Source of the DNA: Waddliaceae bacterium
Lineage (GTDB): Bacteria; Chlamydiota; Chlamydiia; Chlamydiales; SLOH01
Length of the DNA: 27,703 nucleotides
Direction: 5' to 3'
Assembly: GCA_040880105.1 (NCBI GenBank)
Contig: JBBDJA010000015.1
Span: 1 to 27,703, forward strand
Below the pieces are notes generated by a model, which was given only the letters and a program-made list of their open reading frames with translations, was not told the DNA's origin and ran no database searches. Position numbers and translations under genes: made by a program. Positions within the stretch are counted from its first letter, which is position 1, and each line of letters opens with the position of its first letter. Below are positions 8,541-19,114 of this stretch, piece by piece.

Positions 8541-10469
8541 TTAATCTTTTGAGGCAGCTTTTTTAATGCGATTTAAATTGGATTTAAGGACGCCATTTTC
8601 AGGATTTTCCCGGATCAGCTCTTCGGTCAAAGCAATTGCTGTCTCAAAGTCTTTATCCAGATACGCCTTCTTTGCAAGATAGGACTTTGCCTCACTTGAG
8701 CGATCCTGAATCATGCGGTAAAGAGAGACTGCAAGATCAGTGTTATCCTCTGCGAGCGCGCTGCGGGCAAGCAAAGCGACAGCTTCCGGGTCCGATACAA
8801 ATGAAGGGTTTTCCTCTATGACGGTTTTGACTTTTTCATGCTTGTTTTCTTTCATCAAAAGAGCGGCCGCTTTTTTAGCTGCATTGAGTCCGGTCGGGGT
8901 TTCAAAGCGGGACGCTAAGAGAAGATGCGAAAGCGCTCTCTCTTTATCTCCTCGGCTTAGATAATACTCCGAGAGATAGATGGCAAGTTCGGGATGAGGC
9001 GGCTGATTTTCGGCGTACTGCACGGCAGACTCTGTTCCCTCGACTTCTTCAATTAGGGCGGTAAATTCAGGTGCGACCCAGGAGGGGTAGTTCTCTTGCA
9101 ACTTCTCTCTCTTTGAAAATAGCGCGTAGGCAGCCTTTTTCCAGCCGGAAGCGAGAAGCGCAGCGGAGTAGGCGATCTTGCTCTCAAGTAGGGCACGCAA
9201 TTGCAGATCGTCGCTTGCATTCTTCTGCTCAAGTTGAAGAAAGAGCGGGTGGCGGTTATAAGAGATATTCAAATCTTGAGGATAGTGGGCCGGAAGATCG
9301 AAATTTCCCTCAATCTGATACTGCAAAATGCGTAGCATTCCAAGTTGAAGATCGGGGTCTAACGATTGGGTGGGGAAGGGGTTAAATAGAAGGAGGTTCC
9401 ATGCCTTTTCCGCCTCTTCTCTTTGAAGCGCATCTAAAATTTGAAGCCAAAATACAGATGACTCCTCTTCTTGAATCATCGCGTAGCCTTTAATCTGCTC
9501 AAAAGCGCCTTGATCCCAATAGAGTCCCTCGGGAAGGGAGGCTAGATAGCGGTGATAGTCGCTGAGTTCACCTTCGGGAATCTTTTCGACCTTAATTGTG
9601 GTAGGTTCGGCAACGTGTTCCCAAAAAAGAAGTTGATCCCAAAGAAAGGGGAGATTCTCTTTTGCAATTGCCTCTTGCCAAACGTCGATCGCTTGATCAA
9701 ACTGCCTTTGTCTCACATAGAACTTTGCCAACTGATCTTGAAGATAGGGGTTGTAGGTGTCTAGATCGACGGCGGCAAGATACTCTGTTTGGGCCATCTG
9801 GATCTTGCCGGCGCTCTCAAGAAGAGCAGCGCGCCATAGACGTGTCTTTGGATCTGTAGAATTTTGCTTAAGCGCCTTGGATAAGTGGTCCCACGCCTTT
9901 TTGGGCTGGTCTTGGTTTAGGTGGGCAAGTCGAATCTGTTTTTCCAGATTTAAATCCCCTGTCATTGCAGTTTTGTCCAGTAGCTCTTTAGCCTCTTTTG
10001 TTTTCCCCTTGTACATCAACAGATCAGCATCCAAAAGTGTCCAAGCAGGTTTTTGAATCTCTTTGCCTTTCCAGTGATTGCGAAGGGTGTGATATTGTGA
10101 GGACGAACCTGCGATGAGGTAATGTTTGGCAACTAGGAGGGCTGGATTTTCAAGTTGGGAAAACTGCTGAGGGTACTGTTCATATAGCGCAACAAGCCCC
10201 TCGATATCTTTTTGCTTCTCCTTTGCAATCACCGTCAGATGGAACCATTTCCGACCGGTAATTGACTGGGGGTCAATCGATCCGCTCTGCTTTTCAATAA
10301 TATCAAGTGCACTTTCCGTATGATTTTGCGAAAGCAGAAGGGAGGCGCGCGCAATCTCTTCGCTTTGATTGGATTGGTCATTTTGTGTATTCCCGGGAAT
10401 AAATGTCCAAATAATCAAAAACAAGGCGGCAATGATTATAAAAGTAAAGTAGGAGCGTTCTTTAGACAT
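8541..10469 (-). CDS. Tetratricopeptide-repeat protein with N-terminal membrane anchor
   Basis: Hydrophobic FTFIIIAALFLIIWTF followed by TPR-like helices (AQTEYLAAVDLDTYNP, AIALTEELIRENPEN); ATG at 10469 preferred over GTG at 10481. Confidence 0.75.
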   Translation of the reverse strand: MSKERSYFTFIIIAALFLIIWTFIPGNTQNDQSNQSEEIARASLLLSQNHTESALDIIEKQSGSIDPQSITGRKWFHLTVIAKEKQKDIEGLVALYEQYPQQFSQLENPALLVAKHYLIAGSSSQYHTLRNHWKGKEIQKPAWTLLDADLLMYKGKTKEAKELLDKTAMTGDLNLEKQIRLAHLNQDQPKKAWDHLSKALKQNSTDPKTRLWRAALLESAGKIQMAQTEYLAAVDLDTYNPYLQDQLAKFYVRQRQFDQAIDVWQEAIAKENLPFLWDQLLFWEHVAEPTTIKVEKIPEGELSDYHRYLASLPEGLYWDQGAFEQIKGYAMIQEEESSVFWLQILDALQREEAEKAWNLLLFNPFPTQSLDPDLQLGMLRILQYQIEGNFDLPAHYPQDLNISYNRHPLFLQLEQKNASDDLQLRALLESKIAYSAALLASGWKKAAYALFSKREKLQENYPSWVAPEFTALIEEVEGTESAVQYAENQPPHPELAIYLSEYYLSRGDKERALSHLLLASRFETPTGLNAAKKAAALLMKENKHEKVKTVIEENPSFVSDPEAVALLARSALAEDNTDLAVSLYRMIQDRSSEAKSYLAKKAYLDKDFETAIALTEELIRENPENGVLKSNLNRIKKAASKD

Positions 10470-10530
10470 CTTCGTATACACGCATTTTAAATGAAAAACA
10501 CATATTTACATGATAATAGATTTTTTGCAC

Positions 10531-11967
10531 CTACTTCCCTTCACGAGTGGAAAATCCCGCTGCTCCATCGAATGTACAAAGATTTTCTGTATGAGTAAAA
10601 TCCATTTTGTACTCGGCAAGCGCCCGCAGAAGTTCAATCACCGTTTGGTGGGGATCACGCTCATTTTGAAACATAAAGCGACAACGCCAAGAGTCAACGC
10701 AAAAAGTTTCAGGCATCGGGTTGGGCCACACTTGAACGCCGCGGTTTGCGACCATCTGAAGCTGCCATTTATCGCTTTTTACTTTTTCTAGTTGCTCTAA
10801 AAGCTCCTCAAGGTTGCCTGTGTGATCGATAAAGACATCAACTCCAACTGTCTCTTTTTCTTGATGAGCAGAATGTGTCGGCACTCCTGAAAAGCGCTCT
10901 TTATGATTATATTCAACAGCTTTTAAGTGCTTTGGCACTTGCCCAAGCCTCTTTACAATGGCATCGCCAAATGCATCGGTTTTGACAAGCTCCTTACTGG
11001 TTCCTTGCTTGTAGATATCATACGTATGGATTCCATCTTCAATGGTCTTAAGCCAGGCGTTGTGAATCGTCTCGGCTACCTGCGGCATTCCAAGGTAGAG
11101 TAGCATCTGCACAGCTCCGAGCAGAAGCCCCGATGGGTTTGCCATGTTCTCCCCTGCGCGCTTCGGAGCCGATCCGTGAATCGCCTCAAACATCGCGCCG
11201 TGATCGCCGATATTAGCAGATCCGGCAAGTCCGACAGAGCCTGTAATCTGCGCTGTCACATCGGAGATGATATCGCCGTAAAGATTGGGTAACACAAGTA
11301 CATCAAAAAGTTCAGGGTTAGCTGCGACTTTAGCAGTGCCGATGTCGATGATCCAGTGCTCATTTTCGATGTCTTCATACTCTTTAGCCACTTCATCAAA
11401 GACTTTATGGAATAATCCGTCTGACATTTTTAGAATATTGTCTTTGGTAAAGCAGGTCACTTTCTTCCGACCGTTTGCGCGCGCATACTCAAATGCATAC
11501 CGTATAATCTTCTCGCTTCCGGGCCTGGAGTTCACTTTTAACGCATGCACGACATCTTGAGATTGACGATACTCAATGCCGGTATACAAATCCTCTTCGT
11601 TCTCTCGAATGACCACGATATCCATTTCCGGATGCTTGGTCTCGATATATGGATAGTAAGAGGCGCACGGGCGCACATTGGCATAGAGTCCAAGCTTTCC
11701 ACGGATGGTGACATTTAAGCTGCGGAATCCCCCGCCTTGTGGTGTTGTAATCGGAGCCTTCAAAAACGCCTCGGTGTCCCGTATCGTCTTCCAACTCTTC
11801 TCGCTGATTCCCGTCTCTTCGCCTTGTAAATATACCTTCTCGCCCACCTCAACTTGAATGTATTCAAGCGGGGCGTTAGCCGCTTTTAGAATTTTAAGGG
11901 TTTCGGCCATGATTTCCGGTCCGATTCCATCCCCTTCCGCGTATGCGATCGGTATATTTTTTGTCAT
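10531..11967 (-). CDS. icd: NADP-dependent isocitrate dehydrogenase, long form with C-terminal domain
   Basis: GDGIGPEI, LKAPITTPQGGG, RENEEDLY, KDNILK, NLYGDIISD, FEAIHGSAP, C-terminal NRGVQVWP...DSWRCRF domain. Confidence 0.93.
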   Translation of the reverse strand: MTKNIPIAYAEGDGIGPEIMAETLKILKAANAPLEYIQVEVGEKVYLQGEETGISEKSWKTIRDTEAFLKAPITTPQGGGFRSLNVTIRGKLGLYANVRPCASYYPYIETKHPEMDIVVIRENEEDLYTGIEYRQSQDVVHALKVNSRPGSEKIIRYAFEYARANGRKKVTCFTKDNILKMSDGLFHKVFDEVAKEYEDIENEHWIIDIGTAKVAANPELFDVLVLPNLYGDIISDVTAQITGSVGLAGSANIGDHGAMFEAIHGSAPKRAGENMANPSGLLLGAVQMLLYLGMPQVAETIHNAWLKTIEDGIHTYDIYKQGTSKELVKTDAFGDAIVKRLGQVPKHLKAVEYNHKERFSGVPTHSAHQEKETVGVDVFIDHTGNLEELLEQLEKVKSDKWQLQMVANRGVQVWPNPMPETFCVDSWRCRFMFQNERDPHQTVIELLRALAEYKMDFTHTENLCTFDGAAGFSTREGK

Positions 11968-11998
11968 TGTGGGCTCCTGATTTACTGTCTATTAATTC

Positions 11999-13912
11999 TT
12001 ATCGGGAAGAAAATGTCAAATTTTCCGGAATTTCTTTTAAAAATCGACTCGGTTTCTGAAAGTTGAGATTGCCCCAAATGTAGCGAAAGCGGCAACGGGT
12101 AAGAAAAAGATGCTCTTTTGCGCGCGTCATCCCCACATAGCAAAGGCGTCTCTCCTCTTCAAGAGCGGTCTCGCAATTTAAACTATTGGCGTGTGGCAAA
12201 AGGTTTTCTTCAAGGCCGGCAAGGAAAACAAGCGTAAACTCAAGGCCTTTGCTGTTGTGCAAGGTCATTAGCTGCACGCAGTCATCGCCTTTTGCCTCGT
12301 CAAGCGTTGTTCTCAAGGAGAGCTCTTCTAAGAAAAGGCCAAGGGACGGCGCATCTTCAGAAAATTCCCACTCGGCGGCTTTTGCGATCAATTCCCCTAG
12401 GTTGGCTCTGCGATCTTCAAAGGTCTCCGAGTCTTTTTGAATTTCCTTAAGGTAGCCGCTCAGTTCGATTGTCTCCTCAATGAGTTTTTTCAGCGAGCAC
12501 TGCTGCTCAATTAAACTTAGGTTATTGATCAGTTGCAGATACTCTTTCAGCCCTTGCTTTTGATTTGCAGTCAACCGCACGCGGTGTGTTAGCGTGTCGC
12601 TATCGGAAAGGAGTTTTCGGCAGTAGGTAAGAAGAGGATACATTTCATCGTTTGCGGCCTTCTCGATCTTTGTAAGAGTGGTCGCTCCGATGCCGCGCTT
12701 GGGGAGATTGATCGTTCGAAGAAATGAGATGTAATCATTTTCCGAGTAGACCATGCGTAAAAACGCCAAAATATCCTTGATCTCCTTTCTCTGATAGAAA
12801 GAGATCCCTCCCACAAGGACATGGGGGATGCGATTGATCAAAAATTGATCTTCCAAAGAGCGGGACTGAGCGTTTGTGCGGTAAAAGACGGCGATCTCCT
12901 TTAAGGGGATATGATATCTGTAATGGTAGTCAAGGGCAGTTTCGGCGATAAAACGCGCTTCATCGCGCTCTTGATCGCCTGTCCATCTCTTAATTACACC
13001 GCCTTCCCAATCGCTCCAGAGATGCTTATCATACCGGCCGGTGTTGAGTTGAATAAGCTCATTTGCGGCATTGAGGATATTGCTGCGGCTTCTGTAATTT
13101 TGCTCAAGGCGGATGACCTTGGCGCCTGGAAAGTCATTTTCAAAGTTCAAAATGTTCTGAATATTCGCTCCGCGCCACGAATAAATCGACTGATCGGGAT
13201 CTCCAACAACGCAGAGGTTTCTCGATTTGGCAGTCAATAGGCGGACAATTTCATACTGCGTGGGATTGGTATCTTGATACTCATCGACCATTAAATGGGA
13301 AAAACGCTCTTGGTAATAGGCCAATACTTCGGGGTTTTCCTTCAAAAGGCGAACGGTACAGTAGAGAAGATCGTCAAAGTCAAAAGCGTTATAGCTTTTC
13401 ATTTTTTCCATATACTCTCGATACACACCCGGGAGCATCTTCTCTTCCGGAGAGGTTGCGACTAACGAGAGGTCTTGCGGACCTTCAAGGGCATTTTTTG
13501 CTTTAGAGATCAAGTTGCGCAATTTTTTCACATCGCATTGCTTAGAGGGCACGCAGGTTTTTAAGATTTTAATGACGTCTTCTTCGTCATAAATCGTAAA
13601 GTCGCTTTTGTACCCAAGGAAGGCCGCCGACTCCCGCAGCAGTCTCGCGCCGAGCCTGTGGAAGGTGCAAATTAATACATCTGCTTTTACAAGGCTTCGC
13701 ACCCTCTCTTGCATCTCATCTGCAGCTTTATTGGTAAAAGTCACACCTAAGATTTGAGAGGGTGAGATCCCCTGTTCGATGAGGTAGGCAATCCGACAAG
13801 TCACCACTCGCGTCTTTCCGGAGCCGGCGCCTGCAATGACTAAAAGAGGGCCGTCAAGTGTCGTAATTGCATCACGCTGCTCCTCGTTAAGTTGACTTAA
13901 CCAAGCGCTCAT
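11999..13912 (-). CDS. uvrD: UvrD/PcrA superfamily 1 DNA helicase
   Basis: AGAGSGKT, TFTNKAA, VDEYQD, VGDPDQSIYSWRGA, LEQNYRS, TLHNSKGLEF, EEERRLCYVGMTRA; ends just after PSRFL, with no C-terminal extension. Confidence 0.95.
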   Translation of the reverse strand: MSAWLSQLNEEQRDAITTLDGPLLVIAGAGSGKTRVVTCRIAYLIEQGISPSQILGVTFTNKAADEMQERVRSLVKADVLICTFHRLGARLLRESAAFLGYKSDFTIYDEEDVIKILKTCVPSKQCDVKKLRNLISKAKNALEGPQDLSLVATSPEEKMLPGVYREYMEKMKSYNAFDFDDLLYCTVRLLKENPEVLAYYQERFSHLMVDEYQDTNPTQYEIVRLLTAKSRNLCVVGDPDQSIYSWRGANIQNILNFENDFPGAKVIRLEQNYRSRSNILNAANELIQLNTGRYDKHLWSDWEGGVIKRWTGDQERDEARFIAETALDYHYRYHIPLKEIAVFYRTNAQSRSLEDQFLINRIPHVLVGGISFYQRKEIKDILAFLRMVYSENDYISFLRTINLPKRGIGATTLTKIEKAANDEMYPLLTYCRKLLSDSDTLTHRVRLTANQKQGLKEYLQLINNLSLIEQQCSLKKLIEETIELSGYLKEIQKDSETFEDRRANLGELIAKAAEWEFSEDAPSLGLFLEELSLRTTLDEAKGDDCVQLMTLHNSKGLEFTLVFLAGLEENLLPHANSLNCETALEEERRLCYVGMTRAKEHLFLTRCRFRYIWGNLNFQKPSRFLKEIPENLTFSSR

Positions 13913-16900
13913 AAGACAGGACTTCTCTCCTCGTCTTCTCTTACCCCCAAGTTGCCGTAGCGGTGGTAATCGCGACTAATTGCCATCTCTCGTAAATAAT
14001 GCACAAGCTCCACCCGTCCGTTTGAACAGACCGGTGTCAAAATGGCATTGACGCTATTTTCCGCAAGCCCTGAAAGAAGAGCGTCGGACGGCTCTGAGAT
14101 CAAACGGATATGTGTTAAACCGCAAGACTTAAGGCGATCGACAAATTCCGACTCTGACTCGGCAATGACCGTGACATTTGAGAAGACAGAGAGCCAGTCG
14201 GCGCTTGCGATCAACTCGACTTGCTCTAAATTGCCACTCACAACAATGGGTGTATTGCAGACCTTGCTTGCGGCAAGAACGCGCATGATGTCTGAAAGCG
14301 AGTCGTCTTCCTGCACACGGAATCCCATGCGTTTTCTTGGAAGATAGCGTAAAATGTTATCTTGTCCGACCACTTGGCTCGGATCGTGATCTTTGCTAAA
14401 GTAATGCGCATAGTGATAGAGATAGCTTTTGATTGAAGCTTCCCACTTTTCAAAACACTCGGTTGTGACGCCGGTCTTCTTTAGCTCTAGTGACAAAATT
14501 TTAAGCGGGCTTGTAATTTCCGCATGCTCTTTTGGCAACGTCTTTTCGGTTGGGTCCATAAGAGAGAGCAAGTAATTCGGTCCGCCGGCTTTCGTGGTAC
14601 GGCCAAAACTACTCTCCTTACAGCCACCAAACGGCTGCCTGCGCACAATTGCGCCTGTAACTCCGCGGTTGATGTAGGCATTGCCGACCTCGATTGATTT
14701 TTCCCACTGCTCGATCTCTCTTTGATCAAGTGAAAAAATCCCGGAGGTTAGTCCATACTTTGTTCCATTTGCCAGCTGAATCGCATGCTCAAGGTTATTT
14801 GCGCACATCACAGAAAGGACAGGGCCAAATAGCTCATTGTGGTAGGTGAAGCTTTTCTCGGTGACACCGAATTTAATGCCCGGGGTCCAAAGGTTTGGAT
14901 TGTTATCATCTTGTTTCGGTTGAATGAGCCACTTTTCTCCCTCATCAAGGGTGGTAAGTCCACGCGCCAAGGTTTCATCCGGTATATGGATCAAGGGGTT
15001 GATCTTAGATTGTAAATCCCATGCAGACCCCACTTTCAAACTGGAAAGCCCATCATACAGCTGCCCACGGAAATGCGGGTCTTCATACACCTCTTTTTCA
15101 AGAATGAGCAAGCTACATGCGCTGCACTTTTGACCGCCATGGAAAAAGGCGGACTGCAAAATATGGTTAACAGCAAGATCGCGGTCAGAAAGACTTGTCA
15201 CGATGATCGCATTCTTACCCCCGGTCTCTGCCATCAAGTGAAGACTTGGCCTTTTTTTCAGCATCATCTTGGCAGTCTCTGTCGCTCCGGTTAGAATGAT
15301 GCACTTCACGCGCTCATCTTTAATCAGATTATCGCCAATCTCACTTCCCTTCCCGGTCACAAATTGCAAGACATTCTTCGGAACGCCCGCTTCCCAAAAT
15401 CTTTGCACAAGAGTCCATCCGACTAAGATCGCCTCTCTTGAAGGTTTAAAGATCACTGTGTTTCCGGCGGCAAGTGCGGCAGCGATGCCTCCGACAGGAA
15501 TCGCACATGGGAAATTCCAAGGCGGAGTGATCACCACAGGGCCAATCGGCGACCAGTTAAGATCATTCATTGCATGGAACTCTTCTGCGGATCGTCTGTA
15601 ATACTCAAGGAAGTCGATAGCCTCTGATATTTCAGTATCGGCTTCCGGAATCAGTTTTCCGGTATCGGCAATCATCGCCCCAATCAGCTCGCCCCTATGA
15701 AGGCGCATCTCCTGCGCCACATCGGCAAGGATCTTAGAGCGCTCTTGCAAAGAGACACTCCCCCAGCTCTCTTGCGCCTCTGTTGCCACAGTAATCGCTT
15801 GATCGGCTTGCTCAGGTGTTGCTAACGTATAGCGGTATAGGTCGTGATTCGGTCTTGAAGGATCTTTTTCAACGGCAGACCTCTCTTCGGTGCGGTATTC
15901 TTTGCTACCTATCACAAGTGGGATCTGATCGAATTCTCTCTCTTTCCACTCTTTTAAAATGGAAACTGCCCACTTGCGGTTTTGCTCCAAACCAAAATCG
16001 GTATCCGGTTCGTTTACAAAAGGCGACTGAATTTCCGGCATTTCAATATCTAAAAATCGATTTTGGGTCCGTCTCGGACTGACGCTCACAGCATCGGAGG
16101 CGTGACATGCGAATGAAAAGTAGTTCGCCTGCGTCTGCCATTCACTTGTTCCGGGAAGCATATCAAATAGGTGGCAAAGGAAGTTCTCTTTTTGCGTATT
16201 TTCATCAAGCCGTCTCACAAGATAGGCAAATGCGTACTGAAACTCTTGCTTTGTCGAAACAGGGCAATAGAGTAGCAAGTCGCCGGCAAGATCCTGAACA
16301 ACACGGCGCATATGATCGGCCATGCCCTCAAGCATCTCAAACCCAACATACGGCTCCACTTCATTTTCAGCGCGAAGTAGCATTGCATAGGCAATATCAA
16401 ATAAGTTGTGGCTGGCCACACCGATTCTAACAGCCTTAGCGTGTTCTTTTTTAAAACCGTAATTGATCATTCGTTTGAAATTGGAGTCGACATCGGCCTT
16501 CGTTTTATAAGGCGCTTGCGGCCAATTGTGAATAGACGCGTCGACCTTTTCCATCGCCAGGTTCGCGCCCTTGACAAGACGCATACTCACAGGAGCGCCG
16601 CCATTAGCCACGCGTTTCATTGCCCAGACCGTTAACTCCTGCTGGATAAGGTGGGAATCGGGCAGGTAACTTTGAAGAACAATTCCGGCTGAGTATTGGA
16701 AAAATTCCGGCTGGTCAAGCACGCGGCGAAAGAGGTCAACCGTTAGATGCAAGTCGCGGTACTCTTCCATATCCAGATTGACAAACTTTGCCACCCGCTT
16801 GCCGTCCGGCCGCACAAAGGTATTTTTCTTCGCGGCGCGATAGAGCTGTTTTAACCGCTCTTCCAAAACAGAAAGAGTCTCGTCCCATGCAAGTAAGTTG

Positions 16901-17523
16901 AGCTGGCTTGCGATCGTTGAAATTTTAACCGAAACGTAGTTGATATCGGGGTTCTCAAGATCTTTTAAATAGATCCTCAGACGACTCATCGCCTCTTCTT
17001 CCCCAAGAATCGCCTCGCCGATATGGTTGATATTTAGGCGCACATCGTCTTTTCTGCGCTTGTGAATATGCGAGCTAAGAGCACTTGGATCACCCGGAAT
17101 AATCACAGACTTAGTCTCCTGGCGAATCCCTCGACGGATGAGAGGCACAATTAAACTTGCCATCCCCTTGTTCATCCACTTGAGACTTGAAAGCTGCAGC
17201 TGCTTGGAATAGCTTAAAAATGAGGGCACTCCATATTTGTTAAGGAGGTAGAGGCATTGATCGAAGACCCTAGCGTAATTGGAGCTGCGGAAACATTGGT
17301 CTGCCATACGAACAGTAAAGACCTTTCCCTTTGGGTCTTTCAACATGCGACCGACTTGGTTTTGAATCTTTCTTTCTTTATGAGTCTGTACACGCCTTGC
17401 TTCTTGAAGCAGATATGAGGCAAGCTCAATGGATTTTTCGCGACGTTCTTCCGTTGAAAGCGGCGTTCCTTTCACCGATTGAATCATTTTCTCTGCTTTG
17501 ACGACATACTGAGAATGGTCCAT
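13909..17523 (-). CDS. putA: Bifunctional proline dehydrogenase / P5C dehydrogenase
   Basis: NLDMEEY, RLVKGA, ASHNLFD, YLVRRLDEN (PRODH); PWNFP, AETGGKN, GQKCSA, ELFGP, QPFGG (ALDH); start set at ATG 17523 with AGGAAA upstream. Confidence 0.95.
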   Translation of the reverse strand: MDHSQYVVKAEKMIQSVKGTPLSTEERREKSIELASYLLQEARRVQTHKERKIQNQVGRMLKDPKGKVFTVRMADQCFRSSNYARVFDQCLYLLNKYGVPSFLSYSKQLQLSSLKWMNKGMASLIVPLIRRGIRQETKSVIIPGDPSALSSHIHKRRKDDVRLNINHIGEAILGEEEAMSRLRIYLKDLENPDINYVSVKISTIASQLNLLAWDETLSVLEERLKQLYRAAKKNTFVRPDGKRVAKFVNLDMEEYRDLHLTVDLFRRVLDQPEFFQYSAGIVLQSYLPDSHLIQQELTVWAMKRVANGGAPVSMRLVKGANLAMEKVDASIHNWPQAPYKTKADVDSNFKRMINYGFKKEHAKAVRIGVASHNLFDIAYAMLLRAENEVEPYVGFEMLEGMADHMRRVVQDLAGDLLLYCPVSTKQEFQYAFAYLVRRLDENTQKENFLCHLFDMLPGTSEWQTQANYFSFACHASDAVSVSPRRTQNRFLDIEMPEIQSPFVNEPDTDFGLEQNRKWAVSILKEWKEREFDQIPLVIGSKEYRTEERSAVEKDPSRPNHDLYRYTLATPEQADQAITVATEAQESWGSVSLQERSKILADVAQEMRLHRGELIGAMIADTGKLIPEADTEISEAIDFLEYYRRSAEEFHAMNDLNWSPIGPVVITPPWNFPCAIPVGGIAAALAAGNTVIFKPSREAILVGWTLVQRFWEAGVPKNVLQFVTGKGSEIGDNLIKDERVKCIILTGATETAKMMLKKRPSLHLMAETGGKNAIIVTSLSDRDLAVNHILQSAFFHGGQKCSACSLLILEKEVYEDPHFRGQLYDGLSSLKVGSAWDLQSKINPLIHIPDETLARGLTTLDEGEKWLIQPKQDDNNPNLWTPGIKFGVTEKSFTYHNELFGPVLSVMCANNLEHAIQLANGTKYGLTSGIFSLDQREIEQWEKSIEVGNAYINRGVTGAIVRRQPFGGCKESSFGRTTKAGGPNYLLSLMDPTEKTLPKEHAEITSPLKILSLELKKTGVTTECFEKWEASIKSYLYHYAHYFSKDHDPSQVVGQDNILRYLPRKRMGFRVQEDDSLSDIMRVLAASKVCNTPIVVSGNLEQVELIASADWLSVFSNVTVIAESESEFVDRLKSCGLTHIRLISEPSDALLSGLAENSVNAILTPVCSNGRVELVHYLREMAISRDYHRYGNLGVREDEERSPVL

Positions 17524-17595
17524 AATTTGTATTTCCTTTTTATATAGACAGAGAAAGAGCGTAGCATATATTCTTCTTTCCAAAAAGCGAATTTC

Positions 17596-18831
17596 ATGCT
17601 CCGTTTCATCTTCTGTATTGCCGTTTTTACTACCGCCCTAACTCACGGAGACTTAAGGGTAAAGCCGGGAATTGATCAACTCATCGAGCAGTCGCTTCAC
17701 CTCTTAAAAGGAAAGCGCGTCGGGATCCTGACCAACCACACCGGAATTAACAGCCGTTGCCGCTCCACAATCGATCTACTGAAAGAGAATCAAACAAGAG
17801 GCTCCTATAAAGTCACCGCCCTTTTTGCGCCCGAACACGGACTGAACGGAAGTAAATATGCAGAGCAGGCGATTAACAACTGCGTGGACCCTGACGGAAT
17901 TCCCATTTACGGCTTGCACGGAAAACATTACCGTCCGACCCCCAAGGCACTTGAGACAGTCGATGTGATTGTCTACGACATCCAAGACCTCGGTTCGCGC
18001 ACCTACACCTATCTCAACACCCTTTTTCTTACCATGGAAGAGGCCGCAAAGAAAAATGTAGAGGTGATTGTCTGCGATAGACCCAATCCGATTAACGGCA
18101 TTGTTGTCGACGGGCCCATGGTCGAGAAGAAACATCGCTCCATTATCGGCTATGTGGATATTCCCTATTGCCACGGAATGACAGCCGGCGAACTTGCCAC
18201 CCTCTTTAACCAAGAGGAAAATGTCGGCTGCAAGCTACATGTCATCTCAATGACAGGCTGGAAAAGGGAGATGACATTTGATCAAACAGGGCTTCCTTGG
18301 ATTCCGACAAGTCCGCATATCCCCGAAGCTAAAACCGCATTTTACTACCCAATGACCGGAATTATCGGCTCTTTGAAACTCGTCAACACCGGCGTCTGGT
18401 ACTCAACCCCCTTCCGTCTCATCGGCGCCCCTTGGATCAACGGGAAGGAGCTTGCCGACAATCTGAACAGTCAAAACTACCCGGGAATCCATTTTCAACC
18501 CTTCCACTTTACCCCCTACTTTGGACGGTATCTCAAAGAAGAGTGCGAAGGCATCTACTTAATCGTCACAGACCCGCTGACCTTTAAGCCGGTAAGCACC
18601 CAGTTCCTCATCCTCGGCATGTTAAAGTCGCTATATCCCAAACATTTTCAAGACGCAATCAAAGCTGCCAAGGAACAAGAAGCCTCCATTGCGCGCATAT
18701 GCGGCACAGATCAAGTGACCCACATTATTGCAAACTCACCGTATATCGCCTGGCCGCTGCGCTCTTTACATAAGCAAGAGCGTGAAAACTTCCTCCCGAT
18801 TCGAAAGAAGTACCTTAACCCTCAGTATTGA
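17596..18831 (+). CDS. namZ: Exo-beta-N-acetylmuramidase NamZ (DUF1343/YbbC family) with signal peptide
   Basis: GKRVGILTNHTG, LFAPEHG, YDIQDLGSRTYTY, DRPNP, HGMTAGELA, WIPTSPHIP. Confidence 0.9.
   Translation: MLRFIFCIAVFTTALTHGDLRVKPGIDQLIEQSLHLLKGKRVGILTNHTGINSRCRSTIDLLKENQTRGSYKVTALFAPEHGLNGSKYAEQAINNCVDPDGIPIYGLHGKHYRPTPKALETVDVIVYDIQDLGSRTYTYLNTLFLTMEEAAKKNVEVIVCDRPNPINGIVVDGPMVEKKHRSIIGYVDIPYCHGMTAGELATLFNQEENVGCKLHVISMTGWKREMTFDQTGLPWIPTSPHIPEAKTAFYYPMTGIIGSLKLVNTGVWYSTPFRLIGAPWINGKELADNLNSQNYPGIHFQPFHFTPYFGRYLKEECEGIYLIVTDPLTFKPVSTQFLILGMLKSLYPKHFQDAIKAAKEQEASIARICGTDQVTHIIANSPYIAWPLRSLHKQERENFLPIRKKYLNPQY
18125..18831 (+). repeat. 707-bp direct repeat, copy 1 (3' half of namZ)
   Basis: Matches 22465-23171 at offset 4340; five substitutions found by eye. 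Confidence 0.97.
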
Positions 18832-18872
18832 AGCGAAGACCCGACAGTTTTTTCAACTTTCTCGACTGTTGT
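18831..18872 (-). pseudogene. Diverged 3' fragment of the non-specific endonuclease gene
   Basis: 35 of 42 positions match 23200-23240; reads TTVEKVEK(+1)LSGLRF versus TTFEKVKKLSGLHF. Confidence 0.7.
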
Positions 18873-18949
18873 TAAAACCACACAATATCCTTGTTAATTC
18901 TACCTTCCCAAGCTTTATTCATACTTCCCATAAATTAGAAGTTTCAAAG

Positions 18950-19114
18950 GAAATTATCACGCAATGTGAGAATTCAATTCCACTGAAACGATTTAAACAA
19001 CCAAGTGGAATCGAAAAAACTGCTGTTTTTCTAGCGCCTGATGACTCAAGCTATATGACAGGAGTAGATATGTTTATTGGTGGAGGGGTAATAAACATTT
19101 CTCCTCCTTTATAA
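18950..19114 (+). pseudogene. C-terminal fragment of an SDR family oxidoreductase
   Basis: IPLKRFKQPSGIEKTAVFLAPDDSSYMTGVDMFIGGG matches the SDR C-terminal consensus; no N-terminal TGxxxGxG or YxxxK seen. Confidence 0.75.

Noticed and set aside
17524..17583. N-terminal extension of PutA from TTG at 17583
   Set aside because: Would leave 12 bp for two divergent promoters; ATG at 17523 has a plausible RBS
18728..19114. 128-aa ORF as a real gene
   Set aside because: TTG start inside namZ and chimeric content; only the last part is an SDR remnant
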